A stretch of 64,000 bases of DNA from a virus (taxonomy: Duplodnaviria; Caudoviricetes), in the IMG/VR virus record IMGVR_UViG_3300049192_000016, positions 1 through 64,000 of that record; one strand, written 5' to 3'. Shown one piece after another: positions 29,650 through 39,554 of this stretch. Numbering within the stretch: the stretch's first letter is position 1; the number at the start of each line of letters is the position of its first letter. The notes below the pieces were generated by a model. The model saw only the letters and a program-made list of their open reading frames with translations. It made no database searches and was not told the DNA's origin. Position numbers and translations under genes: made by a program.

Positions 29650-32185
29650 GGCTCACATGAACACAGCAAAACAAACGGAGGAAGAAATGAGTACCCCATA
29701 CCAATTCGCAATTAATAACACCAAAGCATATATCCGTGGTGAGCTAAACCAATACAACATTGGACGTATGAACGGTACGGCTGTAGATATATTTCAAGCT
29801 GCGAAGATTTTGGCAATTGCGTTTGTAAAAGATGAAGATGACATTGTTGCTGATCTTCTGAAAGATTGACATGACCTTTCCAATACGAAACATCGGCAAC
29901 ATCAACCATCCGATACACGGGCTCTGGTACATCTACTACAACACAGAAACGTTCCAATACGCTGCCAGCAGGGAAATGGTAGCTCCTGTAAATGATTGGC
30001 ATTATTCGTTGATTGCATTATTTTTGAAGAAGGGACTGTGAAATGAGCCTAACACAAGATGAACGCATGTGGTTTGCCAAACGTGATGATTTACATGAAA
30101 CTGAAAAGGAAATCATCGAAGACACTCTGACAGAATTTGAGAACATGTTGTGGCTCTCAGGACGACCTGTTCCGGGGGATGATAGGATAGCTGCTTTGGA
30201 AGCTGCGATGATTAAATATATCATTACGAGTAAGGAGAAATAATCGTGGCAGATATATCGAAGTGTCAAGGCACAGGCTGCCCACTAAAACACTCCTGCT
30301 ATCGCTTCACAGCAGCGCCTAAACCGTTCTGGCAGAGTTATCTTAGGAATGTGCCTGTGAAATGGAAAGTGAACACAGGAAGCCAATCTATTGTACCGGA
30401 ATGTGAATATTTTTGGAATAACGTTGAGGAGGAAGGGAAATGAAACACAATACACCGGGAATCACTCTTGAACAATTCATCGCTCTTAAACCTCGTGAGC
30501 TTCGTTTAGGTCAGTTCTTCGTGAACACCTACTGCAAGCCTGTTAAGAACCATTGGGAAGGTTGGGTACACGAGATGTACGAAGCTGACGGAGCCAAAGC
30601 TAAACGAATGATTACTCAATTGATGGTACAATGGCAATGGGACACGTTGCCTGAGATTGGAGATGAGAAATGAACATCGATATCGAACACATCGCAAGCA
30701 GTATCGCTTTTGAGGCTGTACCGCTCTATCCTAAGTCTGCTGAAGACGTGAATAAATACGAGGAAAACAGAGCTTTCACTATGTACTCCTACGAACGTTT
30801 CAGCAGCCTCATCATCCAAGGAATTGCACAAGAAATGCTTTCACAAGGACGTTCTGTGGACGATGTTAAGTGGGTGTTGCAGAGTAAGCACATTCGTTGG
30901 GGATTGGACAGTATGGAAGATCAGTTTATTGAGCTTGGCAAAGAGTTTGCTCGTAAGCAAGGTTTTAAGGAGCTTGTGTGCAAATGACTCAATACATCAT
31001 TAAATGCTCCAATGCATCCAAAAAGCGCAACCAACGAGGTTCTGTAAGCGTCTATTCTCCCGATGGTTCTACATTACTTGCGAGGGTATATGCTGACGTA
31101 TCAAACTTGTACAAGTTCATTTGCAAGAATCATTGCTCCGCTCGGACAAGTCTAGTACAACAGCTTATGGGGAAAGGAATTTCGCAGAAGGATATACAAG
31201 AGATTCTGTCAGATAATCTTACGAAGAAACCTTCGCTGTTCGATATGCTGACGTTCCGCCCAAGCTTGGTAGAGATGCAATTTGGTAAAGAGCCTTGTTT
31301 GCTGGATGTGTTGAAAGAATACTATTACAAGAATGGATTCTCTGCACAACAGACGGCAATGATTGTTGACCAGTATGTTGCTCAACTGGAAAGCTACAGT
31401 AAGCAAAATAAGCCTTGACACAAGCTGAAATAAGCACTATTCTAGATGCATTGGACAACACGTTGAAGGAGAAGGAAATGGAAAACTATCCTGTTAGAGG
31501 CTTTAAAAATCTTATTGGAGAAACTATCAAAAAGATTAATAGTAAAGCAATTAATGTTATAGAGGTTGAATGTGTTTCTGGAAAAATATTTGAGATTGAC
31601 TGTGACGAGCAACACTATCAAATTGGTATAATTCGTTGCACTGAAAAAGTGGAGAGATAAATGTCCTTTCCCATCATCACAGAATTCTACGACAGCAGCC
31701 GGAACAGAAACATTGTAAAAACTAACAGAGCATCTAATGCTAACAGGGCTGTGGAAAACGCTCTAAAGTTCATCGCTTGCAACGTTTATGGAGCCAGCTA
31801 CGCACAAGTGTTTGACTCTGAGACAGCGGAAGTGCATGCAGAAATCATCCTGCGTAAGAATGGTAAAATCGAAATTACGTATTTACGGAATGCACGGGAT
31901 TTCGAAACGAGAATTCGTGCTGATGTTTGGTTGGCTAATGAAATTTAAGGAGAAATAATCATGCATATTCAACCAGTGGTTCAAACTTATGATGTTGTTC
32001 TAACTAGCGCAGAACTCCGACTAATTGCTTACGGGCTAGAACTTCATGCAGCAAATGCCGGTACTGTTCCATATAAAGTAGCAGCGTGCTTAAAAATGGC
32101 AGAAAAGTTTAACAATGCTCTGAAGAAAACTGCAAATAAACCTGTTAAAAAGGAAGCTGAAAGCACGGCTGAAAGCACATCATGA
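29648..32185 (+). CDS. Run of small hypothetical genes
   Basis: ORFs 29648-29869, 30043-30243, 30246-30443, 30440-30673, 30670-30987, 30978-31418, 31415-31660, 31661-31948, 31961-32185. Confidence 0.65.
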
Positions 32186-32568
32186 CACGAATAAACGTAG
32201 TGCCTGTAGAAACACTCCATCGTGCTCACCTCGTGGCCGAACATAGGGAACTTCCACGAGTGTTCGGCCTAGCATACAAAGCTTCACAGAGCAACAAGCC
32301 GTGGACGGACAAGCAGCCATCAACCTATAAGCTCGGAGAATTTCATGTAATTTTCTTCTACGACAAGCTTAAATGGCTCTCTGACAGACACAAGCAACTC
32401 ACTGCCGAAATGCTCTCACGCGGATACAAACCAAGCTTCACAAGTTGTCTGCAAGACGAATGGCAAGACAAAATTCCAGCAAGCTATTGGAAGGATTATG
32501 TTCCTACGGAAGAAGCTGTTAAAATCAATATGCAACGTATTAACGAACGTTTGGAGAATATGAAATGA
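32182..32568 (+). CDS. denV: Pyrimidine-dimer DNA glycosylase (T4 endonuclease V-like)
   Basis: MTRINVVP...HLVAEHRELPRVF...LGEFHVIFFYDKL. Confidence 0.95.
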   Translation: MTRINVVPVETLHRAHLVAEHRELPRVFGLAYKASQSNKPWTDKQPSTYKLGEFHVIFFYDKLKWLSDRHKQLTAEMLSRGYKPSFTSCLQDEWQDKIPASYWKDYVPTEEAVKINMQRINERLENMK

Positions 32569-34538
32569 AGAAAACTATCTACTGGATATTCTTTGTACCA
32601 CTAGGGTTCATATTTTGCATTGCATGTATTATGGAAGGAATTGGATATACATTGCAAGAAGTTATCCACAAATGGGAAGAATGGGCTTTGGATTATAAGA
32701 CACGATTCCCGCATATGCGTTATAAGGGTGAAGGGATTTGGAGTAGTGTTCCTGATAAGGAGGGTGTAAAATGACAAAAGTGATTGTGGAACATGCTGAA
32801 TCAGAGCCACCAGAGGATATTTTCTTTCAAGGGAATATTGTTGTCAGCAACGATGAAGACAAATGGATTGTTTTGGTAACATGGAACATAAATGAAGAAA
32901 GGTTCAATGGTGTAATCCTATATACAACCGGAAGAGTTAAGTCAGGTGATTATGAAACAGGGTATAGCAAATCCTGCTTCAAACAATTCCACGGTAAAAT
33001 TATTCTGGAAAGCTGATAATGAACTTCCCCAAACAACTCTCCGAAGAACAAATTGAAGATGTACTTTCGGCATATTGGTTTATGTTGCTGGAGTGTCAGG
33101 ATAAAGCTTCAGATGATGTTCTTCTTCAAATGTTTATTTCTAAGTATTTCAAAGTGTGGAATGATGTAACAGGACAAGAACATTTACCTAAATGGGAGAA
33201 GAAATGAAATACATTTTGATTATGGTGATTAAATCATCAAGTGGTGCAATATGCCCTTTTCAGCAAGAATTTAATTCTAAAGAAGCGGCAATGAGTGTTT
33301 GGAATTATTTTAAAGAACAGTCTCTTAGTGTCCTAGGAGGTGTCTTTTCTAAAGGAGAGGAACAACAATGATCTTCCCTTTCAAAGATTTCATTATATGG
33401 AGTTGGATTTGGGATAAAGCTGTGAAGATTGTTTGGAGGAAGAAATGAAATTACAAAAAGAATTGAGGGATTATTCCTTTGACGAGTTAGTTCAATACTG
33501 TCAAGCGCGAATTCTTATATCTATTCCTGTGGGAAAATTCAATGATGAGGTTTGACGTGCTATGGATTTGGTTTTAATGTGGAAAGTTGAAAAGGATAAG
33601 AAATGACTGCCAAGACGAATGTAATGAGTATTGGAGGAACGCAGTGACTATTACACAAACACAAATGAACATTATTCTTGGAATGGCTAAGGACATTCGG
33701 GACGATGCTGTTTATGTACAAGAGACATACAAAGATTTCGAAATTAGCCAATGGCACAAGGAATTGTACAGGCAAGCAAAAGAAGGATTAGATTTTTCTC
33801 AACGTCGCTTGCAGGTTTATTTGGAAGGGCTTGTGGAATGAAAGATTTCCTATACAAACTTTCTGTCTCTGTTGCCTCATGGAGTGTTGTTGTTATTCTG
33901 ATGGTAACTGGATTAGATAAGTGGCTTGTTAATACGATTAAAGGATTGTGATGACATACAACTATCTCGACGCATTATTTGAAAACCATGAAATGTTCCT
34001 TGCTGGAATTATTTCGTTTGAGGAATACATGATGTATGAAACTATTTTGAATTATGAAACGGAGAGGATTGTTGTATGACAAGCATCGACACAAACAGTG
34101 ATTTATTCATTGTTATGAGACAACTGCAAGAAAAGTCACTCCTCACATATCCCACTGTATTTATGCGCAACATTGTTGAAATGACAGCAGAACAGAGGAT
34201 GAGATTATTGCAAAGAAACAATCACTTGACATGCCCGCGAGCAAAGACTAAATTACCAATGACACACATTCTTGGAGACAATAATGAAAATAGCAACATA
34301 TTACCTTGCAGCAATTCTGGCTAACTATGTAATTCTTTGTGCTTTGATGGGCCAGCCATTGTGGGAGGGGCCTCTGACGCGTATGCAGCCTCCACAAGAC
34401 GTTTCAATGCTTGAGGCTAGGTCGTATCAGGTAGGGGAGTCCCAAGTTACAGTTGCGAGGGCCAAAGGTGCTGATGGGCAATGGAAGACGTGTAAGCTGG
34501 TGAGTAATGCGGGTGGTGCGGAGATGGTGTGCAAGTAA
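32565..34538 (+). CDS. Run of small hypothetical genes
   Basis: ORFs 32565-32774, 32771-33016, 33019-33207, 33587-33841, 34076-34324, 34272-34538 and shorter ones. Confidence 0.6.
33445..33606 (+). pseudogene. Small gene interrupted by in-frame TGA (33553-33555)
   Basis: RBS GGAGG; MKLQKELRD...KFNDEV*RAMDLVLMWKVEKDKK. Confidence 0.5.
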
Positions 34539-34791
34539 ATGCAAAAAATGTAAAATAAATCAATGGGACAGCAACTGGCATCATTCGCCACTCAGGCAAT
34601 TTAGCAGAGCAGCGGTTGGATTGCTTGGAATGATGACTTGCGTAAGACTCCACCATATGAATGTTCCCAAGAGCGTTCTTACAAGAATTCTCTTGAAAGC
34701 AAGAACAAAATGTAGTAAGCTGTGCTTGTGGATTTTCCATACAATTAGTTTTACAAGTAAAACCATTTCCCTCTAAAACAGGAGTAGTAAA

Positions 34792-36795
34792 ATGTCTGAT
34801 TTTAAGCCGTTCTCCCAAGCTGTACACAAGCAATATTCCGAAATGTCCAAACACGAATTGTTTGTTGTTGATATCTCTGGTGATGATTTGTGGGCTGCAT
34901 ATCTCGCAGCTTTCCCTGAAGGCACCAATCCAATTTATCGTGAACGTACGGAGCATGATTGTTCTTGCTGCCGTAATTTCATCAAGAATATTGGTAATGT
35001 TGTCTGCATCCAAGATGGTTTTGTTTCCACCGTGTGGGATCATGTACACACTGACAACGAATATGAAGTAGTTGCTAACCGACTTGGTGAAATGGTTTCT
35101 GGTGCAAAGATTAAAGGATTGTTCCGCTCCAAAGAACGTTCCTACGGTGCTGAAACGTCTGTAGAATTGTTGGCAGACAAAACCACTAAGACTTGGAATC
35201 ACTTCCATGGTAAAGTGAGTAACAAACATTACAATGAGCAAGCTGCAACGATTATTGGCGACTATAACACCACTGTCAGTGTATTCAAACGTGGCTTGGA
35301 AGAACTAAAGCCTGATGCTTTTGCAACAGTGATGGATTTGATTAGTTCCAACAATTTGTACAAAGGGAATGATTTTGTCAATTCCATTGCCGCATTCCAA
35401 AAAGCACAAAAAGTATATTTGGCACTGGAAGGTAAAGAGCGTGATGTTCACTTGTGGACAAATGCAATGCTTCCTGCTGCACGTTTCCGCAACACGGCGA
35501 TTGGCTCTCTGCTGGTGGACCTGTCCGATGGCATGGATTTGGAAGCTGCTGTAAAGAGTTATGAACAGAAAGTTGCTCCAACTAACTACAAGCGTCCTAA
35601 CGCATTGATTACACAGAAGATGGTGGATGATGCGATGAAAACTATCAATGAGCTTGGCTTGGAGCCAGCATTGGAGCGGCGCTTTGCCACTATTGAAGAT
35701 GTTTCTGTCAATGACATTCTGTTTGTGGATAATGCTGTACGTGGGAAGATGAAGGGCGGGGTAGCCGATATTCTGTCCTCATCCGTTACACCACAAGCAA
35801 TCAAAGAAGATAAAGCACAAGAAATTTCTGTTGATGATTTCCTGTCGAATGTTGTGCCATCTGCAAAGAGCATGGCTGTGATGGTGAAGAACACTCATCA
35901 AAGTAACTTTGTCAGCTTGACGGCTCCTGTACATGATGGTGTAGAGCCTATTTTCAAGTGGGATAATAATTTCTCTTGGAGCTATGACGGGAATGTTACA
36001 GATTCGATTAAAGAGCGTGTGAAGGCTCAAGGCGGGATTACCGATGCTGTGATGCGTGTATCTCTGGCATGGTATAACAAAGATGACTTGGATTTGCATG
36101 TTATTGAACCAAATGGGTTTGAGATTGCTTTCCCGAACAAAGGATGTCGTTCCAAGAATTCTGGTATGCTTGATGTGGATATGAATGCATATGGTCCACA
36201 CAGCGATACAGAGCCAGTTGAGAATGTTGTTTGGACTCGCCCGATGGATGGACAATACCGCGTTGTTGTCAATAATTACAACAAACGTACTACAGAACGG
36301 CAGGGATTTACCATTGAGGTAGAAAGCAATGGCAGCTTGCACCAATACACTTGCAAGTCTTCTCCTCGTAGTGGTCAAGATAATAATGCATTGGTGTTGC
36401 ATGTTAAAAATGGTTCTGTAGTAAAGATTGAAGCAAGCGCTGGTGTAGAAGGTGGAGGCTTCTCACAAGAGAAATGGGGCATTGAAACAGAGAAATTCAC
36501 TCGTGTGGATACGCTGATGTTGTCTCCTAATCATTGGGGAGAGAACAAAGTAGGGGCAAAGCATACAATCTTTGTGTTGGATGGCTGCAACAATCCTGTC
36601 CCTACTCGCGGGATTTATAATGAATTCCTGAAGCCAGAGCTTGAGAAGCATCGTAAAGTGTTTGAGGTATTGGGCCAAAAAACTATGTGCCAGCCTACAG
36701 AGCGTCAGTTGTCAGGTGTTGGATTCTCCGCTTCGCGTAATGATAGTGTTGTTGTAAAAGTGAATGACCAAAAGTTGTACAATGTGAAATTTTAA
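34792..36795 (+). CDS. 667-aa phage protein with N-terminal HDCSCC motif and YfaP/DUF2135-like beta domain
   Basis: ERTEHDCSCCRNFIK; MRVSLAWYNKDDLDLHVIEPNG...LDVDMN. Confidence 0.8.
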   Translation: MSDFKPFSQAVHKQYSEMSKHELFVVDISGDDLWAAYLAAFPEGTNPIYRERTEHDCSCCRNFIKNIGNVVCIQDGFVSTVWDHVHTDNEYEVVANRLGEMVSGAKIKGLFRSKERSYGAETSVELLADKTTKTWNHFHGKVSNKHYNEQAATIIGDYNTTVSVFKRGLEELKPDAFATVMDLISSNNLYKGNDFVNSIAAFQKAQKVYLALEGKERDVHLWTNAMLPAARFRNTAIGSLLVDLSDGMDLEAAVKSYEQKVAPTNYKRPNALITQKMVDDAMKTINELGLEPALERRFATIEDVSVNDILFVDNAVRGKMKGGVADILSSSVTPQAIKEDKAQEISVDDFLSNVVPSAKSMAVMVKNTHQSNFVSLTAPVHDGVEPIFKWDNNFSWSYDGNVTDSIKERVKAQGGITDAVMRVSLAWYNKDDLDLHVIEPNGFEIAFPNKGCRSKNSGMLDVDMNAYGPHSDTEPVENVVWTRPMDGQYRVVVNNYNKRTTERQGFTIEVESNGSLHQYTCKSSPRSGQDNNALVLHVKNGSVVKIEASAGVEGGGFSQEKWGIETEKFTRVDTLMLSPNHWGENKVGAKHTIFVLDGCNNPVPTRGIYNEFLKPELEKHRKVFEVLGQKTMCQPTERQLSGVGFSASRNDSVVVKVNDQKLYNVKF

Positions 36796-36810
36796 TTAAG
36801 GAGAAACAAA

Positions 36811-37218
36811 ATGTCTAATGCAAATGTGTTCGAAATTGCAACCCGAAAAGCCTTCCGCTTTCCTTCCACCAAAGGGGAGTTGACTACTGAACAACTGTGG
36901 AACCTTCCACTACTGGCAGCCAACAATTTCTGTTTGAACTATGTGGCAAGTTCTGTCAACAGTGAATTGAAAGCTATGACAGAAGAATCCTTCGTGTCTG
37001 TGAAGCCAATGCCCGGTAAGGCGGATTTGGAGGCCAAGCTTGAGGTTGTGAAGCACATCATCTCCTATAAGCAGGAAGAGCAAGAGAAAGCCCGCAATGC
37101 TGCTGAGAAGGCTGCTAAACGTGAAAAGCTTGTACAGGCTCTTGCTCATCAAGAGGATAAGGCTCTGGAGCAAATGACACCTGATGAAATTCGGGCTAAA
37201 TTGGCTGAATTGGAATAA
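36811..37218 (+). CDS. 135-aa helical protein co-transcribed with the 667-aa gene
   Basis: RBS AAGGAG; FEIATRKAFRFPSTKGELTTEQLWNLPL. Confidence 0.85.
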   Translation: MSNANVFEIATRKAFRFPSTKGELTTEQLWNLPLLAANNFCLNYVASSVNSELKAMTEESFVSVKPMPGKADLEAKLEVVKHIISYKQEEQEKARNAAEKAAKREKLVQALAHQEDKALEQMTPDEIRAKLAELE

Positions 37219-37228
37219 CATTCTAGAG

Positions 37229-37252
37229 GCTCCCGCAAGGGAGCTTTCTCTT
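37229..37252 (+). terminator. Intrinsic terminator
   Basis: GCTCCC-GCAA-GGGAGC-TTT. Confidence 0.85.
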
Positions 37253-37717
37253 ATGTGGTAAACAGGCTCAGGAAGGCCATTTCTAGGCTTGTGGTGAGGT
37301 TTTCTGTTGAGGGATGTTAAAAGTTATGTCCGATGTTTTGGAAGGCTCTTAGGGGCTTAAAATTGATTGGAGGATATTGGATGAAAACACGTATATTAAA
37401 GAAATCTGAAAATACATACAAAGCGTATGATGACGAAGAATTCATAGGTTATGTTGTTCGGCAAGAAGACGGGAAATGGTTGTACAATCCTCTTCCTGAT
37501 GAAACTTTGAAGTCTAGAGTGTTTGATAGTTATGATGAATTGTATGATTGGTTGAAGTGGAGTGATTACTGATGAAACAATATGAATTGACTAACAGCTT
37601 GACAGGTGAGACAGTTGTTGTAAATATTCCAGATCAAGAAACTTTAGAATATTGTGTGGACATGATGCAAAGAATGTTTCAGTGTGAGATTATTGTTACC
37701 GAATTGGTGGTGCAATA

Positions 37718-38146
37718 ATGTCAAAATCTGTACGAAACTACTATCAGAACAAAAAGAACAGTAGTAAGGCTCGTAAAATTCCTTTCGAACTCACTATCGA
37801 CCAAATGAGGGAATTGTGGAAGGTGGATACGTGTGCTTACACAGGGCTTAAGCTAACACATGCAACGGAAGCTAAACAGAAGCCTACAGATTTTACACTA
37901 GAGCGTGTAGATTGCTCTAAGGGTTATACAATGGAAAACACTATTGTTGTTTGTTATGCTGCTAATGCCGTTAAAGCTGCTATTGAGGTCTACTTTAGGG
38001 AGAAGTCTGTTGATGTGATTCACAGTATGAGCAAGACGTTGAAGGAGCGGGAAGCTGTGGAGGAAGCGCAGCAGGATTTAAGTAGGATGCAGAGGGTTGT
38101 GAAGTGGATGGCGGGGAAGGTGGGGATGAGGGTTGTTTCTTTGTGA
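37718..38146 (+). CDS. His-Me finger/HNH-like nuclease-fold protein
   Basis: CAYTG...TLERVDCSKGYTMENTIVVCYAAN. Confidence 0.65.
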   Translation: MSKSVRNYYQNKKNSSKARKIPFELTIDQMRELWKVDTCAYTGLKLTHATEAKQKPTDFTLERVDCSKGYTMENTIVVCYAANAVKAAIEVYFREKSVDVIHSMSKTLKEREAVEEAQQDLSRMQRVVKWMAGKVGMRVVSL

Positions 38147-38164
38147 GGCAACGTACAATAATTT

Positions 38165-38188
38165 AGCCCCAACAGGGGCTGCTGTTTT
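38165..38188. terminator. Hairpin between convergent genes
   Basis: AGCCCC-AACA-GGGGCT. Confidence 0.6.
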
Positions 38189-38564
38189 ATTGATTAAAAC
38201 TAGTGGTAAGGTTGAACTTGTACTTATATGGTATTTTGATTTTAGATAAAACACCACTTTTCCCTGCTGTATTATAAACAGGGAGATAATGTAGTATAGC
38301 CTGTGACTCTACAAACAAAGCTTCAGAGTGGGAGCCATATACTCTAACTTCTACAATGTACACTTCTGTGATCCATGATTTTGTTTTGCAATGTCTCTTC
38401 CAACGCTGCATAAAATCATTCGTCTTACCTACATAAATAGGGTTATTATTAAAATCCCTCATTGTGTAAACAAAATAGTTATCACCGCAACCTACAGCGT
38501 ATACGCATTGCTCAAATGTGATATCATCTCCTATAACGAATAGTGATGTGTCTAGTTCTGTCAT
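38187..38564 (-). CDS. Small GIY-YIG nuclease
   Basis: YFVYTMRD...PIYVGKTNDFMQRWKRH...EALFVE...PVYN. Confidence 0.85.
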   Translation of the reverse strand: MTELDTSLFVIGDDITFEQCVYAVGCGDNYFVYTMRDFNNNPIYVGKTNDFMQRWKRHCKTKSWITEVYIVEVRVYGSHSEALFVESQAILHYLPVYNTAGKSGVLSKIKIPYKYKFNLTTSFNQ

Positions 38565-38627
38565 GTAAATCCCTTTTTAAAATATTCATAAATGTCCTCT
38601 TAGTAAGGGTAGTGTTCAACAAAATAA

Positions 38628-39209
38628 TTATTGCACAACAACAAGATTCCTCTCAATAATCTCCTTCTTCACCATCCTGTGTGCAATCTGTAGCGATACC
38701 ATGTATTTCTGTGCTTGCCTCTCCCCAATAGACAGGTATTCCTTGATAAAATCCACATCAATACTTGCACAAACACACAACACATCGAACAAGTGGTATT
38801 TAGACAAATCTCTTGTGTTACCTCCTAAGTCCAAGCGAGACACACCAGTAAAAATATCATCAATCCAATAGTGGTCTTTAACACACTCAGAATACATGTC
38901 AAAATAAGGCTCAAGGAAGTTGAGCACCATGCTGTTCTTCACAACATTCTTCGGCCTACCTTTCTCTACAGGCTCTATGTCCGTGACAGACGCTAGCCGC
39001 TGTTCTTCCAATATTCGCAACATTGCATTGTCTGGACGACTTTTGGGGATTGCCTTCCTAAGTTTTAGTAGTTGTTCGATTGGCATCCTAGATTCCGGTG
39101 TATCCTTGGTTGCCTCCATGTACCTATCCACTATCTCTTGTTGTGCTTTAGTTAGTTTCATAAATCCTTGTTTGTTGTAAATTAGAGACACATTTGGAAT
39201 TACCGTCAC
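38628..39209 (-). CDS. Hypothetical protein (193 aa)
   Basis: Long ORF coupled to upstream gene. Confidence 0.75.
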   Translation of the reverse strand: MTVIPNVSLIYNKQGFMKLTKAQQEIVDRYMEATKDTPESRMPIEQLLKLRKAIPKSRPDNAMLRILEEQRLASVTDIEPVEKGRPKNVVKNSMVLNFLEPYFDMYSECVKDHYWIDDIFTGVSRLDLGGNTRDLSKYHLFDVLCVCASIDVDFIKEYLSIGERQAQKYMVSLQIAHRMVKKEIIERNLVVVQ

Positions 39210-39403
39210 CTATAATAAGAGAGAATATCAATTTTCCTCTGCAACAACATTTTCTTGTACAACTTGTAAGCTTCCTCTAGCTTTGCACTCATAGTTATGT
39301 TATTCTTGTGATTCTTCCTCATACAAGATACAGTAGCACGAGTAACAGACAACCAATAAGTTGCAATCTCTTCAACACTACTGTTTTCGTAGTTTAATCG
39401 CAT
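39206..39403 (-). CDS. Small helical protein (65 aa, start MRLNYE), paralogue of 42746-42946
   Basis: Shared RLNY...I.......V.RA..S..RKNHK...S.KL. Confidence 0.8.
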   Translation of the reverse strand: MRLNYENSSVEEIATYWLSVTRATVSCMRKNHKNNITMSAKLEEAYKLYKKMLLQRKIDILSYYR

Positions 39404-39434
39404 ACAAACCCCTATAAATTTAACGTAACGTATG

Positions 39435-39463
39435 ATTATACTACGAAACATACAGTTTGTCAA
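39435..39463 (-). promoter_or_regulatory. Consensus sigma70 promoter
   Basis: TTGACA-N17-TATAAT. Confidence 0.85.
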
Positions 39464-39554
39464 GTTTTATTTATTCGTTTTGTTTGTTGATTGTTGTAGC
39501 TTCTTGTGCTATGCTGTATTCATTCTGATGTAGTCATTCAATAGGAGAACCAAA

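Noticed and set aside
32662-32670. Third TTATCCACA
   Set aside because: Inside a coding sequence and isolated; likely chance.
34525-34790. Multi-stop frame suggesting TGG hypermutation
   Set aside because: Another frame (34507-34776) is fully open and ends just before the next RBS; ambiguous.
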